Counted from the first letter of the stretch, positions 9,404 through 17,420 are shown. The stretch is DNA of 21,601 nucleotides from Thermostichus sp. DRC_bins_24 (GCA_039794845.1 JAUQVK010000060.1:1-21601), one strand, 5' to 3'. Numbers and translations: made by a program. The notes: a model not told the origin generated them from the letters alone.

Positions 9404-9568
9404 CGAGCTGGCAGAGTCATCCCCCACAGGTTCTGCAGCACCTCCGATTGGCGGGGGCCGATCTGGATCTGGATGCCGATCAACTCCCTGCCGGTGCTGG
9501 CTTTGGTGAAGCGGTACGGTGATGGAGCAGAGCTCGACACCGGTTCACTGCCCAGTTGCTGGGGATAA
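9404..9568 (+). pseudogene. Probable degraded fragment of an (alpha/alpha)6 glycoside hydrolase (GH63/MGH1-like)
   Basis: The frame reads STSDWRGPIWIWMPINSLPVLALVKRYG, resembling the family motif WRGP[IV]WxPxN. There is no credible start, the frame is short, and ATCTGG is duplicated. Boundaries are approximate. Confidence 0.4.
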
Positions 9569-9636
9569 AACTGAGACAACCGACGGTCTACCGAAGAACT
9601 TAACCTCCCCAGGTGCAGTTCAGTGCCTTTTTCGGG

Positions 9637-9642
9637 TATAGT
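9637..9642 (+). promoter_or_regulatory. Candidate -10 element (TATAGT) for the leader/DAHP synthase transcript
   Basis: 5/6 match to TATAAT about 60 bp upstream of the leader ATG; no clear -35. An alternative is TAGCAT at 9681-9686. Confidence 0.3.
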
Positions 9643-9702
9643 CATCTCATGTAGGTTCTGAACGAACTTGCTTGGTTTCCTAGCATTACCTTGTTCTTCG
9701 CT

Positions 9703-9777
9703 ATGTCTTTGCGCGCCGCCTTTTTTGGCTACTTTACCTTCCCCTGGCATCGACCAGGGCAGATGGGTGACGCGTAA
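9703..9777 (+). CDS. Aromatic amino acid-rich attenuator leader peptide (24 aa, MSLRAAFFGYFTFPWHRPGQMGDA)
   Basis: Manual translation from ATG 9703 to TAA 9775-9777. Codons 7-15 are TTT TTT GGC TAC TTT ACC TTC CCC TGG (4 Phe, 1 Tyr, 1 Trp), directly upstream of a terminator and the DAHP synthase. No obvious Shine-Dalgarno. Confidence 0.8.
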   Translation: MSLRAAFFGYFTFPWHRPGQMGDA

Positions 9778-9817
9778 ACGATAACCAAAGTTTACTTAAG
9801 TCAGTCCTGAAGCCCTG
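9742..9817 (+). promoter_or_regulatory. Alternative leader RNA structures: 1:2 hairpin and 2:3 antiterminator
   Basis: CCCTGG 9742-9747 pairs with CCAGGG 9754-9759. Alternatively CAGGGC 9755-9760 pairs with GCCCTG 9812-9817 (the terminator 5' arm), with nested TGAC 9768-9771/GTCA 9800-9803 and GTAAAC 9774-9779/GTTTAC 9790-9795. Confidence 0.7.
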
Positions 9818-9839
9818 AGCCCAGTGCCAGGGCTTTTTT
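9810..9839 (+). terminator. Intrinsic terminator (attenuator) upstream of the DAHP synthase
   Basis: AAGCCCTG 9810-9817 pairs with CAGGGCTT 9828-9835, with 2 extra GC pairs inside and a T6 run at 9834-9839. It lies between the leader ORF and the structural gene on the same strand. Confidence 0.8.
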
Positions 9840-9893
9840 AATGGCCTGATGCTGCCCAGTCAACCCTACTTGCTCTCCATGAAGGACCTTTCC

Positions 9894-10964
9894 ATGCCCC
9901 CCCAAACCGACAACTGCAACATCCAGGAGGTGACTCCCCTGATCGCCCCTAGCTCGGTCAAAGCCGAATTGCCCCTGACGGAAACCGCCGCCAAAGGGGT
10001 GCTCTCAACTCGGCAGGCCATCCGCAACATCATCCACGGACGGGATCCCCATCGTCTGGTGGTGATCGTCGGCCCTTGTTCCATTCACGACCCGGAAGCG
10101 GCCCTAGAGTATGCCCACCGTCTGAAGCGGGTGGCGGATCAAACCCAGGAGCACCTGGTGATCGTCATGCGCACCTACTTCGAGAAGCCCCGTACCACCG
10201 TGGGGTGGAAGGGCTTGATCAACGATCCCCACCTGGATGGCTCCTGTGACATCGCAACGGGTTTGAAGCTAGCCCGTTCGATCCTGTTGCGGGTTAACGA
10301 GATCGGGCTAGCTTGTGCTACCGAAATGCTGGATCCGGTTACCCCTCAATACACGGCAGACTTGGTCAGTTGGGCGGCAATCGGGGCCAGAACCATCGAA
10401 AGCCAAACCCACCGCGAGATGGCCAGTGGCCTTTCAATGCCCGTTGGCTTCAAAAACGGCACCGATGGTCGGCTGCAAATTGCCCTTAACGCCATTCTCT
10501 CCGCCAGCCATCCCCACAGTTTTCTGGGCATTGGGCAGGATGGCATGACCGCCCTGATCAAAACCACCGGCAACCCGGATCGACACATCGTCCTGCGGGG
10601 TGGGGGCGGCAAAACCAACTATGGCCCCGAAGATGTGGAGCGGGCGGCGCTGTTGATGGAGGAGCAAGGGATCCCCCGCTCGGTGATGGTGGACTGTTCC
10701 CACGACAACTCCAACAAAGACTACCGCAACCAGGGAGCCGTCTGTCGGGAGGTGCTGCGGCAATATCGCGCCGGTCAACGGGCCTTGATGGGGGTGATGC
10801 TGGAGAGCAACCTCAACCCTGGCAAACAAACCTGGTGTGAAGGGGCCCCCCTCAAACACGGTGTCTCCATTACCGATGGCTGCATTGGCTGGTCAGAGAC
10901 CGAAGATCTGTTGCAGGAGATGGCGGCCACCGTCGCTGGAGAAAGCTTGGCCCTGAGCCATTGA
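9894..10964 (+). CDS. aroG: 3-deoxy-7-phosphoheptulonate (DAHP) synthase, class I-alpha (AroF/G/H-like)
   Basis: Motifs VGPCSIHD, MRTYFEKPRTTVGWKGLINDP, IGARTIESQTHREMASGLS, GFKNGTDG, VDCSHDNS, GVMLES and SITDGCIGW. Start placed at ATG 9894 (AAGGA upstream; MPPQTDNCNIQEV resembles class I-alpha N-termini); the ORF is open from 9849. The specific isozyme cannot be assigned. Confidence 0.95.
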   Translation: MPPQTDNCNIQEVTPLIAPSSVKAELPLTETAAKGVLSTRQAIRNIIHGRDPHRLVVIVGPCSIHDPEAALEYAHRLKRVADQTQEHLVIVMRTYFEKPRTTVGWKGLINDPHLDGSCDIATGLKLARSILLRVNEIGLACATEMLDPVTPQYTADLVSWAAIGARTIESQTHREMASGLSMPVGFKNGTDGRLQIALNAILSASHPHSFLGIGQDGMTALIKTTGNPDRHIVLRGGGGKTNYGPEDVERAALLMEEQGIPRSVMVDCSHDNSNKDYRNQGAVCREVLRQYRAGQRALMGVMLESNLNPGKQTWCEGAPLKHGVSITDGCIGWSETEDLLQEMAATVAGESLALSH

Positions 10965-11138
10965 GGGATGGGGATGCCGGTTCCTTAAAGAATCCAAAAG
11001 GGAATGGGGATGTAGGGTAGCTAGCTTCTATGGTCGAGTCATTGTTTCGTCATGTCCTGTGGAATCAGGCTTTGGGGATCCTTGTGCAAGATCCCGCTCG
11101 TCGGCTAGACAATTCTCAATCAGGGTGCGGAGGATGTA

Positions 11139-11585
11139 ATGGATTTGCAAATCCCAACCAGCGTAGACAGCAACGGTCACCAGCCCTACCCGGATCCCAG
11201 CCAGGTTTCTTCCCGAGCACCGGAGCAGTTGCGGGATCGCTTGATCGTGTCCGGCCTGCGCTACTACGGCTACACCGGCTTTAATGAAGCGGAACGAGCC
11301 TTGGGACAATGGTTTGAGGTGGACTTTGAGCTATGGGCGGATCTGCGTCCGGCGGCTTTTAGCGGCCAACTGTGCGACACCCTCGACTACCGCTCTGCCG
11401 TGGCCGGGATCGCGGAATTGGTGAAAAGCAATCAGTTTGTCTTGATCGAGAGTTTGGCGGAGGCGATTGCCGAGATGGTGCTGCGCGAGACGGGGGCCAG
11501 CAAAGCTAAGATCCGATTGACCAAGTGCAATCCGCCGATCCCAGATTTAACGGGGCGGGTGACGCTGGAACTCGTTCGTCCCTGA
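11139..11585 (+). CDS. folB: Dihydroneopterin aldolase
   Basis: DRLIVSGLRYYGYTG..EAERALGQWFEVD, DTLDY, LIESLAE, KCNPP. About 30 aa N-terminal extension; GAGGA precedes the ATG. Confidence 0.93.
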   Translation: MDLQIPTSVDSNGHQPYPDPSQVSSRAPEQLRDRLIVSGLRYYGYTGFNEAERALGQWFEVDFELWADLRPAAFSGQLCDTLDYRSAVAGIAELVKSNQFVLIESLAEAIAEMVLRETGASKAKIRLTKCNPPIPDLTGRVTLELVRP

Positions 11586-11593
11586 GGACCCCA

Positions 11594-12178
11594 TTGGTGG
11601 CTACCCTACAACTGGCTTCTCGCACCTCTGAGGCTTGGATCCAACAGGCCACCCAGTACATCGACCTGATTTTGCTAGACCACGCCAACTGCGAGAAAAA
11701 AGCGGCAGGCAATGCCCTCAGTCTGTTGTTTCGCTACCCCTGCAACGGGCAACTGGTGGAAACCCTCTCCCCTCTGGCCCGAGAGGAATTGCAGCATTTT
11801 GAGCGTGTGCATCGTCACCTGCAGCGGCTCGGGATCCCGGTGAAACCCCTATCTGCCGCCCCCTATGCCAGCCGCCTCAACCAACACCTGCGCCGCCAGG
11901 AACCGGATCATTTGCTGGATGCTCTGCTGTTGGCAGCGATCATCGAAGCGCGCAGCCATGAACGGTTGGGCTTACTGGGGATCCATGCCCCAGACCCGGA
12001 ACTGCGGCAGTTTTACCTGTGGTTGACGGCTGCCGAAGAGCGACACTTGCACCTGTACCTGAACTTGGCACTGGCCCATTTTCCTGCTGAGCCGGTGCAG
12101 CAACGTTTAGACGCACTCTTGCAGATAGAAGCCGAGATTTTGTCCACGCTTCACCCCGAGCCTCGTGTTCACAGCTAA
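11594..12178 (+). CDS. miaE: tRNA-(ms2io6A37) hydroxylase, ferritin-like di-iron enzyme
   Basis: LLDHANCEKKAA, LAREELQHF, IIEARSHERL, EERH and C-terminal RVHS. Start is probably TTG 11594 or GTG 11597, after GAGGA at the folB stop. Confidence 0.92.
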   Translation: MVATLQLASRTSEAWIQQATQYIDLILLDHANCEKKAAGNALSLLFRYPCNGQLVETLSPLAREELQHFERVHRHLQRLGIPVKPLSAAPYASRLNQHLRRQEPDHLLDALLLAAIIEARSHERLGLLGIHAPDPELRQFYLWLTAAEERHLHLYLNLALAHFPAEPVQQRLDALLQIEAEILSTLHPEPRVHS

Positions 12179-12215
12179 GTCGCCCCCGGTCCGCAGCTTC
12201 AGTGCAACCCCAAAA

Positions 12216-13550
12216 ATGTTCCAATCGACCCGGCAACGGTTGGCCCTTTGGTACACAGCGATCACCGCAGTCTTTTTGTTGCTGTTCGCGGGCAGCTTTT
12301 ACTGGTATGTACAGGCAACTCTGATCGAGCGGGTGGATGATACCCTCGGCCATGTGGTGGAAGTTGTCGAGCGGTCTTTGGTGGTGGATGAGGGCCTTTT
12401 GGATCCGCAGCAGGCCCGCCACAGCCTAGAAGCCAGTTTTCGAGATGATCCCAGCACCCTAGAAGATGATCACATCGACTTGGAGTGGTTTGGCCCCCAA
12501 GGGGATCTGATCTGGTCCACGGTTCCGGGGGGGATCCCTGCCCCTTTGCTCACGGAGGGATCCCTACACACTGCCCGCATCAACCCCGGCTATTGGCTGC
12601 GGCAATTTACCGAACCGCTGCTGGCCGGAGATACGGTGCTGGGCTATTTGCGGGTGAGTCATCCCTGGTTTGAGGTGAGCAAGCCCACCCGACAGCTGAT
12701 TCGGGATCTCTCCCTGTGGGTGGTGGCCAGTTTGGCCTGCGTCGGGTCGATCGGGTGGGTGCTGTCGGGTTTGGCCATGCAGCCGGTGCGCCACTCCTAT
12801 CAACAGCTGAAGCAATTTACCGCCGATGCCTCCCATGAACTGCGTAGCCCCCTGGCCAGCATTCAAACCACGGTGCAGGTGGCTTTGGCCGATCCGCAGC
12901 TGGATGGGGCCACTCAACAGCGTTGGCAGGTGGTAGAACGGCTGAGCTTGCGGTTGGGCCGCTTGGTGGATGATCTGCTGTTTTTGGCTCGTCAGGACAG
13001 CGGCATGGCGCCCTTTCAACCCCGGTGTTGTGCGGTGGATGCTTTGCTGCTACAGGTGGTGGAAGAGCTCCAGGGCTTGGCCCATCAAAAAGGGATCCGC
13101 CTAAGCCTGGAGATTGCCGATCCGCCGCAGTCAGCGCCTGGGGATCCCTTCGGCCTGTGGGGAGATGAAGACCAACTGGCCCGCCTCCTGACCAATTTGC
13201 TGGAAAATGCCCTGCTCCACACCCCCGTCGATGGACAGGTGCAGGTGACGCTAGAGCAACGGCTGAAATCCGGATCCCCAGAACTGTCGATTCGGGTGCG
13301 AGATACTGGTGCTGGGATCCCGCCACAGGCGTTGCCCCATGTGTTTGATCGTTTTTATCGGGTTGATCCGGCTCGCGGCGGGGATCCCGAGCGGGTTGCC
13401 GGTTCGGGGCTGGGGCTGGCGATCGTGAAAAGCATTGCCGAGCAACACCAAGGTAAAGTGCAGGTGGAGAGCGAAATCGGGCGGGGATCGACATTCGAGG
13501 TGATTTTGCCGCAGCGGCAGTTGGACATTTGCACCCCGGAGAAGGTCTGA
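12216..13550 (+). CDS. Membrane-bound sensor histidine kinase (cyanobacterial ManS/Hik27-like by recollection)
   Basis: Two TM helices flank a periplasmic domain; H-box FTADASHELRSPL, N-box NLLENA, DTGAGI, FDRFYR, GSGLGLAI. No cognate response regulator lies in the window. Confidence 0.9.
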   Translation: MFQSTRQRLALWYTAITAVFLLLFAGSFYWYVQATLIERVDDTLGHVVEVVERSLVVDEGLLDPQQARHSLEASFRDDPSTLEDDHIDLEWFGPQGDLIWSTVPGGIPAPLLTEGSLHTARINPGYWLRQFTEPLLAGDTVLGYLRVSHPWFEVSKPTRQLIRDLSLWVVASLACVGSIGWVLSGLAMQPVRHSYQQLKQFTADASHELRSPLASIQTTVQVALADPQLDGATQQRWQVVERLSLRLGRLVDDLLFLARQDSGMAPFQPRCCAVDALLLQVVEELQGLAHQKGIRLSLEIADPPQSAPGDPFGLWGDEDQLARLLTNLLENALLHTPVDGQVQVTLEQRLKSGSPELSIRVRDTGAGIPPQALPHVFDRFYRVDPARGGDPERVAGSGLGLAIVKSIAEQHQGKVQVESEIGRGSTFEVILPQRQLDICTPEKV

Positions 13551-13910
13551 AGGTGCTCTGGAAAACAGACAATCCTGAGTCGGTATGCTAGCTTCGAGCC
13601 AAAGTTAAATTCACACTTTAGTCAGACCTTATTTAGAACGGTATTGACGTGACTGTCTTGATTGGAATGGGTTGGTTTTATGCCTTGCGGGTGTAGAGCC
13701 GTTTTCTTAGTTTCTGGCTTCTCAATTTAAGAATTTCTCTTTTTGCCGAAATAGATCCGTAGAGATGGGATGTGACCAATCGCTGCTAGTGCGAAGGGAT
13801 CCCAGGCTCTGGTTTTTTAATGAGCCAGTCACTCGTGAAATAAATTCATCAGAGCATCCCCAAAAACAGTTCAGAAGGCCCCACTTTACCCTCCTCTCCA
13901 GAGAAACCTT

Positions 13911-16169
13911 ATGTATCGGTTCCAGGTTCATGCCACCACGCAGCCGGGTGAACGGATCGCACTGGTGGGATCCAGCGCCCAGTTGGGCTCGTGGGATCCC
14001 CGGCGTTGTGTTTGGCTCAAAACGGATCCCGGTCGCTACCCGCTCTGGTGGGTGGAGCTGCCCTTGAGTGGGGCAGATTTGCCATCGGGAGCTTCCCGAA
14101 TCGAGTATCAATATCTGCGCATCCAAGCCGATGGCCAAGTGGCCTGGGAATCGATCGGGGTGAATCGTTGGGTGCCGCTTGAGCCGGAGCCTTTACCGGC
14201 AGTTTTGATCGTCGAAGATGGGGAGTTGGGGCGGATCCCTGCCTGTCCCTACGGCTATTTTGCGGATCCCGTACCCGAACCCAAACCTCAAAACCCACAG
14301 GGGCTGAAGGTGGTCGTTTTGGGTAGCTCGGTGGCCTTGGGGTGCAGTGCCTGGTTGTTGCGGGGTTGGGCCTGGCAGTTGGGAAAAGCCCTTCAGGAAC
14401 AGTACGGTTATCAGCTGCGCAACTGCTCAGAATTGGGGGCCAATGTCAGCCGAACGCTAACCCGATTGGCCCAGGTGGTCATTCCTGCACAGCCGGATAT
14501 TGTTATTGTTGCCCTGTCTTTGGGAAATGAAGGCTTAGCCTTTGCGTTGCCCCAACATCGTCGAGCCCTACAAAGGCGATTTGAAAACGGACTACAGCAG
14601 CTAATCCAGCGCATCCAAGACAGTGGAGCCTTGCCGATTTTGGGGGGAGTCTATCCCCATGCAGACTACGGCCCAGAGCAGTATCTTCTCCTTCAGGAAA
14701 CCCAACAGAGAATGTTGGAGTGGGGCTGTCCTGTGTTGAATTGGTTGCCCGCTTTGGAAGATGGACAAGGCCGTTGGAAACCGGGCCTCTCTTTTGATGC
14801 CACCCATCCCAATAGCAAAGGGCACCAAGTGATGTTTGAGGCGATCGATCTCGCTGTGTTTGATCCCCATCAGGTCATGTCAGCTCGTCAAAAGCTTTCT
14901 CCCTTGACCGTTAAACGGCCTATTTTTCAAGAGGATCACGGCTTTTGGGTAACTGTGGAGACAACAAAGAACCAATTTCGGATCGTTAATGTCTCTGCTT
15001 ATCCTTACACCCTCAGCCCCACTTGGCAGGCTTTGCAAACGGCTTTCCAAAATGCCCAGGTACAGGCTGGCCCGTACATGGCCAAAGACACTGAAAGTGA
15101 AACCTTGTACTTCCTTTTTGTAGGGGAAGATGGAACCCTCAAGACCTCCCTCTCTATTCCTGCGGATGCCGACCTCTGCTTTTATCCGACAGCCCAGTTC
15201 TTTTCCCAAGAAGCGCCAGAAACACTCTTCGATGATGGTTCTTTGGCCATTCTCAAGCTCAACGGCCTATCCCACGGCTCCAACTCTATGCCGCGTCTGT
15301 GTGTAATCAACCGTACGGATCATGAGTACAACATTCACCCCATGTGGAAGGAGGTGCGGGCCGCCCTAAAAGCAATGCCAGCCGGCGTCTATGAGGATCC
15401 CAACCGGCGGGATGCGCCTTTCCGCACGATGATGATCGGAGAAGCGGGGCTCGAAAGCCGGGTCAAGGCGGCTCCTGGATCGGCAATGCTGTTGGAGTAT
15501 CAATGCAAATTGTCGGATATCACCCGTGTCGCCATCTTGCCTTTGGGGGATCGTTGTGCGGTGCGGATGCTCCTCTACAAGCTGGAATACGATGGGCCGG
15601 CCTTTCCTTTTGATCTGACCCGAAGCAGCAATTTAGCCGATGTGGCCGACCTGATCCAAAACGATTTTCAGGGGATGTGGGATCCCAGCTATTTGCACTA
15701 TAACCCTGAAGAAAAACGCATTTATCACAGCAAATGGACGGGCTTATCCTTTGGCCACGAGGTGGAAGATAGCGACGATCCCCTCCACAATATGGATCCC
15801 ATCCACGAACGCATGCGTACTCGCTATACGGCCCGTGCTAAGCGCTTTGGCTACGTATTACAAAAGGCGGACAAGCTCTTGTTTGTGCGGACAGGGGGCT
15901 GTCAACGAGCCGTGGTGCTCGACTTAATGGCCAAACTGGAGGCCAAATGTCAGGGTAAGCCTTTCCTCCTGTTGATTATTTCTCTGCAATCTTCCGATGA
16001 ATTTGCAGGGATCCCCAATGTGCTGCATTACAACATGGAGTTCAATCCCGATCGCATGTATGCGGATCACGGCCACTGGCAACAATGCACAGAAATTATG
16101 GGGAATATCCTCCGTTCTCTGGGAATCTCCAGCAAAAATCTCTTCTGGTGCCCTCCCCATCTATCCTGA
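13911..16169 (+). CDS. Multidomain protein: CBM20 starch-binding domain, SGNH/GDSL hydrolase, duplicated central unit and DUF1796 putative papain-like cysteine peptidase
   Basis: CBM20: TQPGERIALVGSSAQLGSWD...IEYQY...WE..NR. SGNH: LGSSV, LGNEG, DATHPN. DUF1796-like: ILPLGDRCAV...FPFD, RYTARAKRF, LLFVR. Confidence 0.8.
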   Translation: MYRFQVHATTQPGERIALVGSSAQLGSWDPRRCVWLKTDPGRYPLWWVELPLSGADLPSGASRIEYQYLRIQADGQVAWESIGVNRWVPLEPEPLPAVLIVEDGELGRIPACPYGYFADPVPEPKPQNPQGLKVVVLGSSVALGCSAWLLRGWAWQLGKALQEQYGYQLRNCSELGANVSRTLTRLAQVVIPAQPDIVIVALSLGNEGLAFALPQHRRALQRRFENGLQQLIQRIQDSGALPILGGVYPHADYGPEQYLLLQETQQRMLEWGCPVLNWLPALEDGQGRWKPGLSFDATHPNSKGHQVMFEAIDLAVFDPHQVMSARQKLSPLTVKRPIFQEDHGFWVTVETTKNQFRIVNVSAYPYTLSPTWQALQTAFQNAQVQAGPYMAKDTESETLYFLFVGEDGTLKTSLSIPADADLCFYPTAQFFSQEAPETLFDDGSLAILKLNGLSHGSNSMPRLCVINRTDHEYNIHPMWKEVRAALKAMPAGVYEDPNRRDAPFRTMMIGEAGLESRVKAAPGSAMLLEYQCKLSDITRVAILPLGDRCAVRMLLYKLEYDGPAFPFDLTRSSNLADVADLIQNDFQGMWDPSYLHYNPEEKRIYHSKWTGLSFGHEVEDSDDPLHNMDPIHERMRTRYTARAKRFGYVLQKADKLLFVRTGGCQRAVVLDLMAKLEAKCQGKPFLLLIISLQSSDEFAGIPNVLHYNMEFNPDRMYADHGHWQQCTEIMGNILRSLGISSKNLFWCPPHLS

Positions 16170-16182
16170 TCCGGGAATAAAC

Positions 16183-17307
16183 TCAGCGACGCTTTGTTAT
16201 CCTCTGGCTGGGCTTAGCCCAGAGGGCGAGCTGTTGTTGCAGGTTCAGCCAAATGGCATCGTTCATGCGCAGCAAAAAGACCCCATACAAGCCCAGTACC
16301 ACCCCAACACAGACATTGCCCAGCCAACTGTAGGTTTGAATAATGTCATCGGCGCTCCAGCCGAAGTCGTAGTTGAGGCGGTTCATATCTCCCCCGGCAT
16401 CCCCTTGACCGCCAAACAAAGTCCCCCAGGGGATCTGGGCCAAACCCAGTTGAATGGTGTGCCATTGCCAGAAACTTCTCCACAGGCTGCTGGCTGCGAT
16501 CCCCAACACCACAAAGCGCCAAAAATCCCAGCGCCAGCGATCCGGCAAACGGAAATAAAAACAGGTGATTAAAAAGGTGCTCAAGTAAAACTCACCCCCA
16601 ACTCCCCCAAAGGCAAACAGCATCTCTTTGGTGCGGTTAGACATGATCCAGGTCATGTAAAACTGCAACAGAGCTAGGCTCACAGCCAACACCTTTGGCC
16701 AGAGAATGCGCTCCTTCCACCCTGACCAAAAAAGCAAACCGAGCAAGAACAAAATACCGAAATAAACGAAGGGATCCTCCTGCAAACTGATGCCTGTCCA
16801 ACCGAAGGGCAAAGGCAAGGCGCGATGCCCACTCCACCAGGCGACGGTGGCATGGCCAAACTCGTGAATCCAGATGTGTAAGGGCAAGTGTAACAACTGC
16901 AACAGGCCGATGTTGTTCACCATCAGGGCCACCCCAAAAGCAATCGGATAAGCCCAAACGTTGACCTTTAAGCTGTCGAAGGCAAAGCGGTCTAACCGAC
17001 GCTGGGATCCCAGTCGCAACTGCCGCCGCCAAAGCTGTTGGGATCCCTGAAAAGCCTGTACATCTACCGCATCCAATCGCGGGATCTGCAGTTGTTTAAG
17101 CAGGTGAAACAGTTGGGCCACCGTGGCTTGGGGGGAAAGCTTCTGCGAGGGTGGGGATCCCATCAGGTGAATGTGCAACACCTCATCCCGAAAGCTCACC
17201 TCAGCTCGCCAGCGGTGTCGCAGCAGTTCTGCCCGTACCACCTGTACGATGAACCTGGCATGTCCAGCCCGTGCCAGCGCAAGAAAATCGGGTTGGCCTT
17301 GCACCAT
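16183..17307 (-). CDS. Integral membrane protein with HExxH motif (M50B-like zinc metallopeptidase)
   Basis: About 100 aa soluble N-terminal domain, then multiple TM helices with WIHEFGHA and a downstream GGDMNRL. Confidence 0.65.
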   Translation of the reverse strand: MVQGQPDFLALARAGHARFIVQVVRAELLRHRWRAEVSFRDEVLHIHLMGSPPSQKLSPQATVAQLFHLLKQLQIPRLDAVDVQAFQGSQQLWRRQLRLGSQRRLDRFAFDSLKVNVWAYPIAFGVALMVNNIGLLQLLHLPLHIWIHEFGHATVAWWSGHRALPLPFGWTGISLQEDPFVYFGILFLLGLLFWSGWKERILWPKVLAVSLALLQFYMTWIMSNRTKEMLFAFGGVGGEFYLSTFLITCFYFRLPDRWRWDFWRFVVLGIAASSLWRSFWQWHTIQLGLAQIPWGTLFGGQGDAGGDMNRLNYDFGWSADDIIQTYSWLGNVCVGVVLGLYGVFLLRMNDAIWLNLQQQLALWAKPSQRITKRR

Positions 17308-17420
17308 ATGGAGCGCCCTACCTTACGCTACGAAAATACGAAAATAGAAAGGTTATCCCGTGAGCGTCTTGTCCTTGTCATGCACCCGACGCCCTGCCTA
17401 CGGCAGGCTCAGCCACCAGG

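Noticed and set aside
9391..9750. 119-aa minus-strand ORF overlapping the leader region
   Set aside because: No recognisable motifs. The plus-strand leader, hairpins and relic explain the region better.
11030..11284. 84-aa ORF between the DAHP synthase and folB
   Set aside because: It overlaps folB out of frame and shows no recognisable features.
13551..13910. 360-bp AT-richer intergenic region as a possible ncRNA or riboswitch
   Set aside because: I found no recognisable RNA motif or convincing stems by eye; it is probably promoter DNA.
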